Shown: positions 27,608 through 36,974 of the stretch, piece after piece
How the letters are laid out: every line of letters begins with the position of its first letter
Numbering within the stretch: position 1 is the first letter of the stretch
NCBI GenBank assembly: GCA_964519305.1
Contig: CAZFHY010000004.1
Location: 122,774 to 186,773 of the forward strand
DNA: 64,000 nucleotides
Direction: 5' to 3'
Source of the DNA: Candidatus Undinarchaeota archaeon
GTDB lineage: Archaea; SpSt-1190; JASMDC01
The notes under the pieces: model-generated
What the model was told of the DNA's origin: nothing
Databases searched by the model: none
What the model saw: only the letters and a program-made list of their open reading frames with translations
Translations under genes and position numbers: made by a program

Positions 27608-28828
27608 CTAGATAGGCCGATCCGGCGTTCGGGAGTATCTATCGGAGCAGTATGTACAGTTCCCGTCCTTACCCAGGACATTATCGCAGTAAGGGCAGTG
27701 ACCCCGCTCGGGCCTGTTGCGTAGGATGAAGGATGTGCCGATAAGGGTGAGCAGTACAACGATCACAGCCAGGGCTGCGCGCACCCTGCCCTGGAGACGC
27801 TGACGTTCGACGTTCTCAAGCGTCGTGTTCACGACCTCCACACGCTCAGCTGCCAGGTCCATAGAGCCCCGCTCGGCCATAGTCTGCCCTTCCTCCAGGG
27901 AGGCGAGAATCCCTGCGACCTGCCCGTCGGTGAGCAGACCATTGAAGTAGGCCTCTTCCGTCCTGGTGCGGAGCACGGCCACGTCCTTGATCATCGAGGA
28001 CCTGACCTCGGGATTGGGACCTGTGTCATCGGGCGTTGATGCACGTGTGCTGAACTGGGGGATGTGTAGCGCTACAGCCACCGAATCATCTATAGGGACC
28101 CAGTCCTCGGTGCCTGTGGGGCGGAAGGCCGTCCTGCAGGAGAGCCACCGTTCACCGGCGCGTTCAGAAGCCAAGGCAACGTCGTGTTCCACTGTCCCGT
28201 TCGGACCGATGACAAGTGGTCCTATGGTTATGTGTGTGGTGGGGTTCTCGCCCGGAGGCCCGAGCCCGGCGGGAAGCTCACACGATGCCATAACCTCCAC
28301 AGCCATCTCCACATCAGTGTTGGCCCCCAGAACCTTGAGCACCGCCGGAGAGTCCGGAGCGGAGGCTGGATAATCGTCAAAGGTCATCGATGGAATGACC
28401 GGGAGCTGGTCGAGGACCAGGATCACGAGCTCGCGCTCGAGAGTGATGATGGGGGCACCCTCATCTCCAGCAGGGAACGAGACTGCGAACGCTATGGTAC
28501 GCGGAGCGTTCGCGTCCACCCTTAGCATAAGGTCCCCGGTGATTACCTCGTGGGCTCCGAGGACCGCCTCGTGGACGATCGGTATGCCGGGCCCCAGCGG
28601 GACTGTGGCATTGACCAATACCACACCCTCGGGAATCCCGATAGTGACCGTTGCGTTTCTGGGCAATCGCAGGTTGTTTACTAGGGTGAAAGTCAGGACG
28701 GTCGTCTGACCATGCTCCACGCCCGGGGGCTCGAGCGTCACGTCCACGTTCATGGCGGGGGATGGTGGAAGAGCGACCACCAGCATCGCTGCGAGGGCAA
28801 TGACCATGACCGCCGTGCGCCAACCCAT
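27608..28828 (-). CDS. Secreted/membrane-anchored protein with Ig-like region and C-terminal zinc ribbon
   Basis: Signal peptide, beta-rich domains, C-terminal TM helix, then CPYC...CTYC. Confidence 0.7.
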   Translation of the reverse strand: MGWRTAVMVIALAAMLVVALPPSPAMNVDVTLEPPGVEHGQTTVLTFTLVNNLRLPRNATVTIGIPEGVVLVNATVPLGPGIPIVHEAVLGAHEVITGDLMLRVDANAPRTIAFAVSFPAGDEGAPIITLERELVILVLDQLPVIPSMTFDDYPASAPDSPAVLKVLGANTDVEMAVEVMASCELPAGLGPPGENPTTHITIGPLVIGPNGTVEHDVALASERAGERWLSCRTAFRPTGTEDWVPIDDSVAVALHIPQFSTRASTPDDTGPNPEVRSSMIKDVAVLRTRTEEAYFNGLLTDGQVAGILASLEEGQTMAERGSMDLAAERVEVVNTTLENVERQRLQGRVRAALAVIVVLLTLIGTSFILRNRPERGHCPYCDNVLGKDGNCTYCSDRYSRTPDRPI

Positions 28829-28829
28829 C

Positions 28830-29948
28830 CTAGAACGGCCTCCCATGCCGTCGAAGGTCCATCGATCCCGGCGGCCCGCCCATAACATCGGCGATGAGCG
28901 CGTGGACCATCTCGATATCGTCCTGTGATAGCTTGGCCCGACCGTCGGCCTCGATGAGCACCGTAGGGATGCCGTAGAGGTCGTGGTGGCCCGATATCGC
29001 CAGGAGCGTGGCGGCCAGTGCGTCGGCCTGCCTGCTGATGTTCCCTGCCGAGGCAAGGAAGTCTACCCGGACCGGCCTGTCGAGGGCCGCGGTCCTGAGG
29101 TAGAACGAGTGCACCCGCTCGCCCCACGTGCCCAGGTCCCTGAGCATGGGATGGTCGTAAGCGCGTCGAGAGTACTTGAACACGAAGGTCCGTTCCCTCT
29201 GTTCCATGAGGTGAGCCAGTAGGGGCGTATCCCTGCTCCTGCGAAGCATGTCACCCGCGTTGGCGTTCACGATCCCAGGGTTCAGATTGGGGACGATCCT
29301 GTCCGCCAGAACCATCGAGAACCGGGTCCCCCGGGAGTCCTCCACAACTCCCGCAAGCTGGCTGCCAGCACGTTCACAGGCCTTGTAAAGGTCCACGTAC
29401 CGCTCCATTAGGGCGCTGTACATGTCCTTCAGCGTCGAGTCGGCCGGGGGTTGGAGGGAGGGATGAGGTGCCACGGAGCCGTCCATGAGCAGGAGGTCCG
29501 GAGAGTGTGTGCGTGCCATCCGGGCGGCCGCGGCCAGTTCGGCCATCTGACGCTCCATCCCGGCCCGAAGGCGGAGGTCGCTCTCTGATAGAGGATCGGA
29601 CACCACAGTGATCGTGGGCGTGACGATAGGGGCGGGCAGGTAGTCGCAATGCTCGATCCTGCCGTCGGCGTACCCGAAACGGACACCTACCGCCCGGGTC
29701 ATTATGATGTCGATACCGTGGCACTCGCGTGTCAGGAGCCCTCCATCGATCCCCGCAACAGTAGTGTGGGCTGCGTCCCCCTTCACCCGCTCGAGGAGCC
29801 GGTCGTCGATGACGGTCTCACCGTGCTCGTCGACCTCGGTGATGGATACCTCCCGGTGCACCTGGCGAAGCGAGTACGCCAGGTCCTTGCGCCGTGCGGC
29901 CTCGCCCTTGAGACGCTGGGCGAGCGCGCGTATCTCCCCCTCGAGCAT
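28830..29948 (-). CDS. nurA: NurA DNA double-strand break repair nuclease
   Basis: AGIDGG, RxxxE, LLMDGS, GVVED, RVDF and YGIPTVLIEAD..AKLS. Confidence 0.88.
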   Translation of the reverse strand: MLEGEIRALAQRLKGEAARRKDLAYSLRQVHREVSITEVDEHGETVIDDRLLERVKGDAAHTTVAGIDGGLLTRECHGIDIIMTRAVGVRFGYADGRIEHCDYLPAPIVTPTITVVSDPLSESDLRLRAGMERQMAELAAAARMARTHSPDLLLMDGSVAPHPSLQPPADSTLKDMYSALMERYVDLYKACERAGSQLAGVVEDSRGTRFSMVLADRIVPNLNPGIVNANAGDMLRRSRDTPLLAHLMEQRERTFVFKYSRRAYDHPMLRDLGTWGERVHSFYLRTAALDRPVRVDFLASAGNISRQADALAATLLAISGHHDLYGIPTVLIEADGRAKLSQDDIEMVHALIADVMGGPPGSMDLRRHGRPF

Positions 29949-30140
29949 CGCGGGTCTCCAGTAGACACTATGTGCCCTGAGAGTTAAAAAGATGTTGGAC
30001 GCCGCGCGGGGGTGAATACAGCAGGAGGCATGACTGATGGAAAAGCATGCGAGGATGCGGCACGGCAGCACGCACCTACATCCACGGCCCCCTCGGGGAA
30101 CATATTAAAATCTACTCTCCGTGCATCCAATGGGACGTCC

Positions 30141-32165
30141 ATGACTGAAAGATACATCGTCACATCGGCGCTGCCGTACGTCAACAACATCCCCCACTTA
30201 GGGAACCTCATCGGATCGGTCCTCCCGGCGGACGTATACTCCCGCTGGCTGCGGATGAAGGGCAAAGAGGTCATCTATATCTGCGGGACCGACGAACATG
30301 GGACGCCCATCACCGTGTCCGCCAAGAAGGAGGGCGTGACACCGCGGGAGCTCGCTGACAAGTACTATGCTATCATCAAGGACTGCTTCGAGCGGTTCGA
30401 TATCAAGTTCGATAACTTCTCACGGACCACTAAGCCCATCCATTACGAGATGACAACGCGCTTCTTTTCCAAGCTGCACGAGAACGGCTTCATCCACAAG
30501 GAGGACATGAACCTCCCCTTCTGCCCCACTTGTGAGCATTTCCTACCGGACCGGTACGTGGAGGGCATCTGCCCCAACTGCGGCGCTGAGGGCGCGCGTG
30601 GTGACCAGTGCGATGCCTGTCAGACCGTCCACGATCCTGAGGACCTGGAAGAACCGTACTGCGTCACATGTCACACGACGCCCGAGTGGAAGATCACGGC
30701 CCACTGGTTCCTTGACCTACCAAAGCTCGCACCCGAGCTGAAGACATGGCTCGAGGAAAAGACCTACTGGCCGGCCAACGCCCGTAACTTCCCCTTGGGA
30801 TGGATCAAGGAGGGCCTCAAGCCCCGTGCCATCACACGGGACATTGAGTGGGGTGTCCCCGTCCCCCTGGAGGACGCCAAGGGCAAGGTCATCTACGTAT
30901 GGTTCGACGCCCCCATCGGCTACATATCATCCACCATCGAGTGGTGCGAGAACGAGGGCAGAACGGACGAGTGGAAGAAGTACTGGTACAATGATGAGGC
31001 CAAGCTCATCCACTTCCTCGGAAAGGATAACGTACCCTTCCACACGATCATCTGGCCTGGCATGCTCATCGGCATGCGCGAGGACTTCACCCTCCCCCAC
31101 TACATCGCCAGCTTCGAGTACCTCAACTTCGAGGGGCAGAAGTTCTCCAAGAGCCGCGGAGTGGGCATATGGATCGACCAAGCGCTGGACCTGCATCCCG
31201 TCGATTATTGGCGGTACGCCCTGGTCGCCAATGCGCCCCAGACACGGGATACGGACTTCTCCTTGAACGAGCTCAAGCGGCGTATCAACGACGAGCTCGC
31301 CGACATCATGGGCAACTTCGTCCACCGGACACTCACGTTCACCCACCGGTTCTTCGGCGGAAAGATCCCCGAACGGGGTCCTCTCGCCGAGGCGGACCAG
31401 GAGCTCCTGGCCGCGATCGAGAAGGCACGACAGAAGATCGACGCGCGCATGGACGTCTATGACCTGAAAGGCGCTCTCCATGAGGTCATCATGCTGGCCA
31501 AGGAGGGCAACCGTTACTTCAACGACCGTAAGCCTTGGAAGACAATGAAGACTGATCCGGTCGCTGCGGGCACGACCATCAACCTATGTGCCCAGGTCGT
31601 AGGTGCGCTTGCGGTAGTCAGCTCGCCGTTCATCCCACGGTCCGCCCAGCGGATGTGGGAGGCCGTCGCTTGCGAGGGACTCGCCGAGGAGCAGACATGG
31701 GACGCTGTGGTCACTGTCGAGGCCGGCACCACGGTGCCCGAGCCCACGCCCCTTTTCGTGAAGATCGAGGACGAGGACAAGAAGAAGGCCGCAAAACCCA
31801 AGCCGGTGGCGAAGGAAAAGAAGAAAGAAGGTGGAAAAACTATGATTACGTTCGATGAGTTCGAGAAGATCGACCTCCGTGTGGCCGTCATCAAGACGGC
31901 CGAGCAAGTGGAGGGCACCAAGAAACTCCTTAAGCTCACGGTGGACGTGGGCGAGGAGGAGACGCGCACGGTTGTAGCAGGCATCGCCGATCAGTACAAG
32001 GCCGAGGACCTGCCCGGACGACGAATCGTCGTCGTGGTCAACCTCAAGCCCGCGAAGATCCGCGGCATCAAGTCGAACGGCATGCTCCTGGCAGCAGAGG
32101 TGGGCGAGGACGTTGGTCTCCTCACCATCGATAAGGAGCTGGACGCAGGGGCCAAGGTGCTCTGA
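30141..32165 (+). CDS. metG: Methionine--tRNA ligase with C-terminal tRNA-binding domain
   Basis: [18 protein letters not shown], zinc knuckles, YVWFDA, KFSKS and a C-terminal EMAP/Trbp111 domain. Confidence 0.97.
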   Translation: MTERYIVTSALPYVNNIPHLGNLIGSVLPADVYSRWLRMKGKEVIYICGTDEHGTPITVSAKKEGVTPRELADKYYAIIKDCFERFDIKFDNFSRTTKPIHYEMTTRFFSKLHENGFIHKEDMNLPFCPTCEHFLPDRYVEGICPNCGAEGARGDQCDACQTVHDPEDLEEPYCVTCHTTPEWKITAHWFLDLPKLAPELKTWLEEKTYWPANARNFPLGWIKEGLKPRAITRDIEWGVPVPLEDAKGKVIYVWFDAPIGYISSTIEWCENEGRTDEWKKYWYNDEAKLIHFLGKDNVPFHTIIWPGMLIGMREDFTLPHYIASFEYLNFEGQKFSKSRGVGIWIDQALDLHPVDYWRYALVANAPQTRDTDFSLNELKRRINDELADIMGNFVHRTLTFTHRFFGGKIPERGPLAEADQELLAAIEKARQKIDARMDVYDLKGALHEVIMLAKEGNRYFNDRKPWKTMKTDPVAAGTTINLCAQVVGALAVVSSPFIPRSAQRMWEAVACEGLAEEQTWDAVVTVEAGTTVPEPTPLFVKIEDEDKKKAAKPKPVAKEKKKEGGKTMITFDEFEKIDLRVAVIKTAEQVEGTKKLLKLTVDVGEEETRTVVAGIADQYKAEDLPGRRIVVVVNLKPAKIRGIKSNGMLLAAEVGEDVGLLTIDKELDAGAKVL

Positions 32166-32166
32166 G

Positions 32167-32706
32167 ATGTACGAGGTGCGGTTCCATGGCCGAGGGGGCC
32201 AGGGCTCCGTTACGGCGGCCAAACTGTTAGCTCATGCCGCCTTCCTGGAGGACAACCATACACAGGCGTTCCCGCATTTCGGCTGCGAACGGAGGGGCGC
32301 GCCCGTGGTGGCTTTCACCCGGATCGACGACGCGGAGATCCGTATCCATACGCAGATCCACGAACCAGACTGCGTCGTCGTGCTCGATTCCCCCCTGCTG
32401 AAGGTCCTCGACGTCACATCGGGACTAAAGTCAGGTGGCATCGTTGTGGTCAACACCGAGCGCTCCGCGAAGGAGCTGGGGCTCCCCGAGGGCACAAAGG
32501 TGGCCACAGTGGACGCGCTCACTATCGCCACGGAAGAGCTGGGGCGACCCATCGTCAACACACCTATCCTCGGTGCCCTGAGCAAGGCCACCGGTATCGT
32601 AAAGCTCGAGTCCCTTGTGAAGGCGATCAAGGAGGTCTTCAACGAGAAGATCGCAGAGAAGAACGTACGGGCCGTTACCCGTGCCTACGAGGAGGCGAAG
32701 GTATGA
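32167..32706 (+). CDS. porC: Pyruvate/2-oxoacid:ferredoxin oxidoreductase gamma subunit
   Basis: [11 protein letters not shown] and ERRGAPV motifs. Confidence 0.92.
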   Translation: MYEVRFHGRGGQGSVTAAKLLAHAAFLEDNHTQAFPHFGCERRGAPVVAFTRIDDAEIRIHTQIHEPDCVVVLDSPLLKVLDVTSGLKSGGIVVVNTERSAKELGLPEGTKVATVDALTIATEELGRPIVNTPILGALSKATGIVKLESLVKAIKEVFNEKIAEKNVRAVTRAYEEAKV

Positions 32707-32975
32707 CCACAGTGAAGCTGAAGCGTGGAGTGCCCATATGTGCTATGTCCGTACCCCAGAAGGGGGCCATGGGCCACACCGGCGACTGGCGCACCGAGAA
32801 ACCGGACAAGGACGACGAGAAGTGCACGTCGTGCGGCCTGTGCGTCACGTTCTGCCCCGAGGGCTGCATCGAGCCTAAGACGATCACCATCGATATGAAC
32901 TATTGTAAAGGCTGTGGCGTGTGCGCCGAGGAGTGTCCCGTCAAGGCCATCACCATGGGGAGGGAAACACTATGA
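32703..32975 (+). CDS. porD: Pyruvate/2-oxoacid:ferredoxin oxidoreductase delta subunit
   Basis: TGDWR and two CxxCxxCxxxCP motifs ([13 protein letters not shown]). Confidence 0.92.
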   Translation: MTTVKLKRGVPICAMSVPQKGAMGHTGDWRTEKPDKDDEKCTSCGLCVTFCPEGCIEPKTITIDMNYCKGCGVCAEECPVKAITMGRETL

Positions 32976-34138
32976 CCACTCGGGAATTCGTCACCGGTAA
33001 CATGGCCGCCGCTCACGGTGCCCGCCTGGCGCGGACGGACGTGGTGCCCGCTTATCCCATCACGCCCCAGACACAAATCGTCGAGCACATCTCCGAGTTC
33101 GTGGCCGACGGAAAGATGGACTGTGAGTTCATCCGCGTCGAGAGCGAGCACTCGGCCATGGCGGCCTCCATCGGCGCTGCCTTCGGCGGTGTCCGTGTGT
33201 TCACGGCCACCTCATCCCACGGTCTTGCGTACATGCACGAGATGCTCCACTGGGCGGCCCACGCCCGTCTGCCCATCGTCATGGGCATGGTCAACCGTTC
33301 CATGGGCCCGCCATGGGCCATCTGGTCAGACCACCAAGACAGCATCTCCGCCCGGGACACCGGATGGATCCAGCTCTACGTGGAGAACAACCAAGAGGTG
33401 CTGGACACATGCATCCAGGCGTTCAAGGTGGCCGAACACCCGGATGTACAGCTCCCGCTGTTCTTCTGTCAGGACGCGTTCATCCTCTCACATACGTCCG
33501 CCGAGGTTGAGATGCCCGATCAGGCGATGGTCGACCGGTTCATCGGGAAGCGCAAGCCACTGTTCAAGATGGACTGTGACAATCCCGCCACCTTCGGTAA
33601 CATCATGAGCCCTGATTACTACATGGAGCTCAAGTACCAGATCGAGGAGTCCATGGCCGCGGCCAAGCGAGTATTGGTAGAGGTCGGCAAGGAGTTCGGC
33701 GATGTGTTCGGACGCCCCTACGGTCTCGTGGAGGAGTACAAGTGCGAGGACGCTGATGCCGTCCTTGTCGCGGTCGGGGCCGTGGCGGGCAACGCCCGTG
33801 TCGCCGTGGACAGTCTGCGGAAGAAGGGCAAGAATGTGGGGCTCCTCAAGCTCCGTTCCTACCGGCCGTTCCCTGACGAGGACGTTCGCCGACTGGCCGC
33901 CAAGGTCAAGACGCTGGCGGTCCTTGACCGTGCCATGCCCATGGGCGCCCGGAGCCAGATCGCCTCGGACATCATGGCCGCTTGCTACGACATGAACGAC
34001 CGTCCTGCGATCCAATCCCATGTCACCGGTATCGGTGGCAGGGAGGTCTCACCCGCACAGATCGAGGCCATCGGCGAGAAGGCCCTCAAGGGTGGCTCGT
34101 CCACGCACCCCACATGGTTGGGGCTCAAGGAGGCATGA
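32972..34138 (+). CDS. porA: Pyruvate/2-oxoacid:ferredoxin oxidoreductase alpha subunit
   Basis: AYPITPQT, VESEHSA, TATSSHG and RPFP motifs. Confidence 0.93.
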   Translation: MTTREFVTGNMAAAHGARLARTDVVPAYPITPQTQIVEHISEFVADGKMDCEFIRVESEHSAMAASIGAAFGGVRVFTATSSHGLAYMHEMLHWAAHARLPIVMGMVNRSMGPPWAIWSDHQDSISARDTGWIQLYVENNQEVLDTCIQAFKVAEHPDVQLPLFFCQDAFILSHTSAEVEMPDQAMVDRFIGKRKPLFKMDCDNPATFGNIMSPDYYMELKYQIEESMAAAKRVLVEVGKEFGDVFGRPYGLVEEYKCEDADAVLVAVGAVAGNARVAVDSLRKKGKNVGLLKLRSYRPFPDEDVRRLAAKVKTLAVLDRAMPMGARSQIASDIMAACYDMNDRPAIQSHVTGIGGREVSPAQIEAIGEKALKGGSSTHPTWLGLKEA

Positions 34139-35067
34139 TGACGATGACCGACAAGCTTGTTGGAACGGATGACACCGAAACGGTTATGCTCCCTGGTAAC
34201 GCTGCCTGCCCCGGATGCGGCGGATCCCTTGCGATCCGGTTGGCCCTGGAGACGCTGGGAAAAAAGACAATGGTCGTAGTGCCCGCGTGCTGCATGTCCG
34301 TTATCGAGGGGCTCTACCCGAAGAGCTGCTTCAACGTACCGATCATGAACATCGCGTTCGCGTCGGCCGGCGCTGCAGTGTCCGGGCTGGAGGCGGCCCT
34401 AAAGCGCCGCGGTGACGCGGACGAGACCACAATCCTGGCCTTTGCTGGCGATGGTGGTACTGTGGACATCGGCATCCAGGCCCTCTCGGGGGCCATCGAG
34501 CGCGGCCATGATTTCATCTACATATGCTACGACAACGAGGCCTACATGAACACGGGCATCCAGCGCTCGGGATCCACTCCTTACGGGGCCTGGACCACGA
34601 CGACACCCGTGGGTACGAACCGGCATTACAAACGGGAGTTCAAGAAGGACATCCCAAGTATCATCGCCGCCCACAACATCCCTTACATGGCCACGGCGTC
34701 AGTTGGCTACCCCAAGGACTTCCAGAAGAAGGTCAAAGCGGCCAAGGATATCAAGGGACCCGCCTTCATCCAGGTGCACGCTCCGTGCCCGGCGGGATGG
34801 AAGTACGAGGGTCGGTTGAGCATCAAGCTCGCCCGGATGGCCCATGCCTGCGGGATGTGGAAGCTCTTCGAGCTCAAGGAAGGACAGACATCCATCCAGC
34901 GAAGACCGAAGGCCTTCGAGCCCATCAAGCCCTATGTGCGGGCACAGGGGCGGTTCGGCCACCTCAACGACGAGGAGATCTCCGATATGCAGGAACGGGT
35001 GGATGCGGACATCCGTGACTTCTACGGCATCGAGGGCGAGATCCCCGTCAAAGAGCCAAAAGCCTAG
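34135..35067 (+). CDS. porB: Pyruvate/2-oxoacid:ferredoxin oxidoreductase beta subunit
   Basis: ACPGCG, the GDGG TPP-binding motif and DNEAYMNTGIQRS. Confidence 0.93.
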   Translation: MMTMTDKLVGTDDTETVMLPGNAACPGCGGSLAIRLALETLGKKTMVVVPACCMSVIEGLYPKSCFNVPIMNIAFASAGAAVSGLEAALKRRGDADETTILAFAGDGGTVDIGIQALSGAIERGHDFIYICYDNEAYMNTGIQRSGSTPYGAWTTTTPVGTNRHYKREFKKDIPSIIAAHNIPYMATASVGYPKDFQKKVKAAKDIKGPAFIQVHAPCPAGWKYEGRLSIKLARMAHACGMWKLFELKEGQTSIQRRPKAFEPIKPYVRAQGRFGHLNDEEISDMQERVDADIRDFYGIEGEIPVKEPKA

Positions 35068-35079
35068 ATAGGGAACCAC

Positions 35080-35107
35080 GACGGGTCCCGTTCATGCGGG
35101 GCCCGTC
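35080..35107 (+). terminator. GC-rich hairpin after the por operon
   Basis: GACGGGTCCCG-TTCATG-CGGGGCCCGTC forms an 11-bp stem with one G-U pair, 12 nt after the porB stop. Confidence 0.5.
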
Positions 35108-35229
35108 ATTCCTTACAGAAAGCTGCTAAATGGCAGATTCTAATTCATCTGTTAGTGAAATATTTGTAATATATACCATATATACCTTTTTAACCTAATC
35201 TATATACACTCAAAGGACTAGGTGATATT

Positions 35230-35331
35230 AGGGAGCCGCGTGTGCCACCCGTGTCTCCTTAGGGGGGCGGAGTCTCCCTGAGCGACTAGACGTCTTGTAC
35301 ATTTAGCTGCCACCTCCGTCCCCTGTTTTTC
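35230..35331 (+). ncRNA. Candidate structured small RNA
   Basis: A GC-rich island in an AT-rich spacer, preceded by TATA-like boxes (35187-35207), with two predicted hairpins and a T-run. Confidence 0.3.
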
Positions 35332-35404
35332 ATCCCAGTTCTAACAATAACTGGCAGAAATGAACACATCGGTCGTTCTGACGGGCAGCGAACAGTGCGC
35401 TACC

Positions 35405-35623
35405 TCATCCCTCAACGAGGAACACGTGGAGGATTATGAAGAGGAGCACGGCCACGGAAAAGTAGGAAACGGCGTCCTTGAGGTACACGAGGGCCCCCTC
35501 CGCGCCCTCTTCCTCACCAATGATGTCAAGAAGGAAGATGGCCAGGAGGACCAGAGCACCAGCGAGAGTGGTCACAAAGATAACGGAAAGAGGATCGATG
35601 CCGTTCTCATCAAGTCCGAGCAT
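35405..35623 (-). CDS. Small two-TM membrane protein
   Basis: 72 aa with two hydrophobic stretches; TTTATAA on the minus strand near 35694. Confidence 0.55.
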   Translation of the reverse strand: MLGLDENGIDPLSVIFVTTLAGALVLLAIFLLDIIGEEEGAEGALVYLKDAVSYFSVAVLLFIILHVFLVEG

Positions 35624-35722
35624 CCATGTTACCTCACATTACTGCGTCGTTCTCGCCTTCCGACGCCCTGTCATCGACGGCCCCTATCAAACATTATAAA
35701 GCTTGTCCAGCGCGCCGCACGC

Positions 35723-36919
35723 TCATTTCTTCGCCATTATGGAGACGACAGCACCGTCGTCCAACACGTGCGATTCGCCCATCCGTCGCTTGGAGCGGCC
35801 GTCGATTGCGCATACGAACTTCTCCCCGATGTCCGTGTGTATCCTGTAGGCCAGCTGGCGGGCCGTTGTGCCTTCTGGGACCAGATGAGCGTCAGGGAGC
35901 ACGTTGCCCTTACCGTCCGCCCATTTGTTCTCGTCCTCGACGGGGTATACGACGATGAGCTTCAGCAGGTCCCTTACCGCAGTGTCAAGCACCTTCTGGA
36001 TACCGGTGCCCTTCAGGGGCCTGATAACACGGTCGCGTATGAGCTCCAGACCGAGCCGCTGTTTGTCGTTTAGGTCCGCATCCTCATGGATGTTGAAATC
36101 CTCGGCCCCGGGGACGTAGTCCACAACACCACCGCGGGCAGCGTTGCGAAGGGCCAGTTCGGCCTCGGCGCAGGTGGGGATGACGAGCATGTCAGGGAAG
36201 GTCTTTCGCAGCAGCTCTAGGTTCTCTGCGGCCTTCGGCGTGTCTGCCTTGTTGGCGGCGATGATGATCGGTTTTGCGATAGCTCGTAGTGCTGAGCAGA
36301 ACTTATGGATGTCATCGTCCGACCACTGGGCCGGCTTCTCGGCATCTACACCGGAGAGCCTGAGCGCGTCGCGCACATGGTCCTCGCTCACACCGAGACC
36401 CGTGAACTGCTCCGCCACGACTACCTCGAACTTTAGGTGCTCGAACTGTACGCGCCGGGCGAACCGGGTCCAGCTCTTCTTTAGGATGCCCGCGAACCAT
36501 GCGACGATCTCCTCCTCCAGGAACCTCACATCCTCGCAGGGATCGTGCTCGTCGCACGCCTTGCCCTCGATGTCGGTATTACCTGAGACGTCCACGACGT
36601 GGATGAGCACCGATGCCTGTCGAAGGTCGTCGAGGAACTGGATCCCTAGACCTTTGCCCTCGCTGGCCCCCGGGACCAGTCCCGCCACATCGATCATCCG
36701 CATTGGGACCAGCCGGATGCCCTCTGCACACTCCGAGTTGCGCGGGGAGCAGGGTGTGCCCAGCTCTGTGTGGGGACAGGGCGCCCGTGTATATCCCACA
36801 CCCACGTTCGCCTTAATCGTCGTGAAGGGATAGTTCGCGACCTCGGCCTCCGCCAGAGTAGCTGCGCGGAAGAAGGTTGATTTGCCCACATTGGGCTTGC
36901 CGACAATGCCGACCTCCAT
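35723..36919 (-). CDS. ychF: YchF/Obg-family NTPase with TGS domain
   Basis: GKPNVGKST, NYPFTTI, DVAGLV, ANKAD and a C-terminal TGS domain (IHTDIG). Confidence 0.93.
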   Translation of the reverse strand: MEVGIVGKPNVGKSTFFRAATLAEAEVANYPFTTIKANVGVGYTRAPCPHTELGTPCSPRNSECAEGIRLVPMRMIDVAGLVPGASEGKGLGIQFLDDLRQASVLIHVVDVSGNTDIEGKACDEHDPCEDVRFLEEEIVAWFAGILKKSWTRFARRVQFEHLKFEVVVAEQFTGLGVSEDHVRDALRLSGVDAEKPAQWSDDDIHKFCSALRAIAKPIIIAANKADTPKAAENLELLRKTFPDMLVIPTCAEAELALRNAARGGVVDYVPGAEDFNIHEDADLNDKQRLGLELIRDRVIRPLKGTGIQKVLDTAVRDLLKLIVVYPVEDENKWADGKGNVLPDAHLVPEGTTARQLAYRIHTDIGEKFVCAIDGRSKRRMGESHVLDDGAVVSIMAKK

Positions 36920-36974
36920 GGCGAACGGGGTGCGGGATAAGCTTAATATATCTACGGAGACCCAATACTTGTAT

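Noticed and set aside
25195-29948. HerA/NurA as a dedicated anti-phage system
   Set aside because: Both resemble housekeeping archaeal repair proteins, and no SIR2 or similar effector is adjacent.
35239-35281. Tiny ORF (MCHPCLLRGAESP) as a RiPP precursor
   Set aside because: It is only 13 codons, the SD-like sequence is poorly spaced, it is about 6 kb from the nearest radical SAM gene, and an RNA structure explains the region as well.
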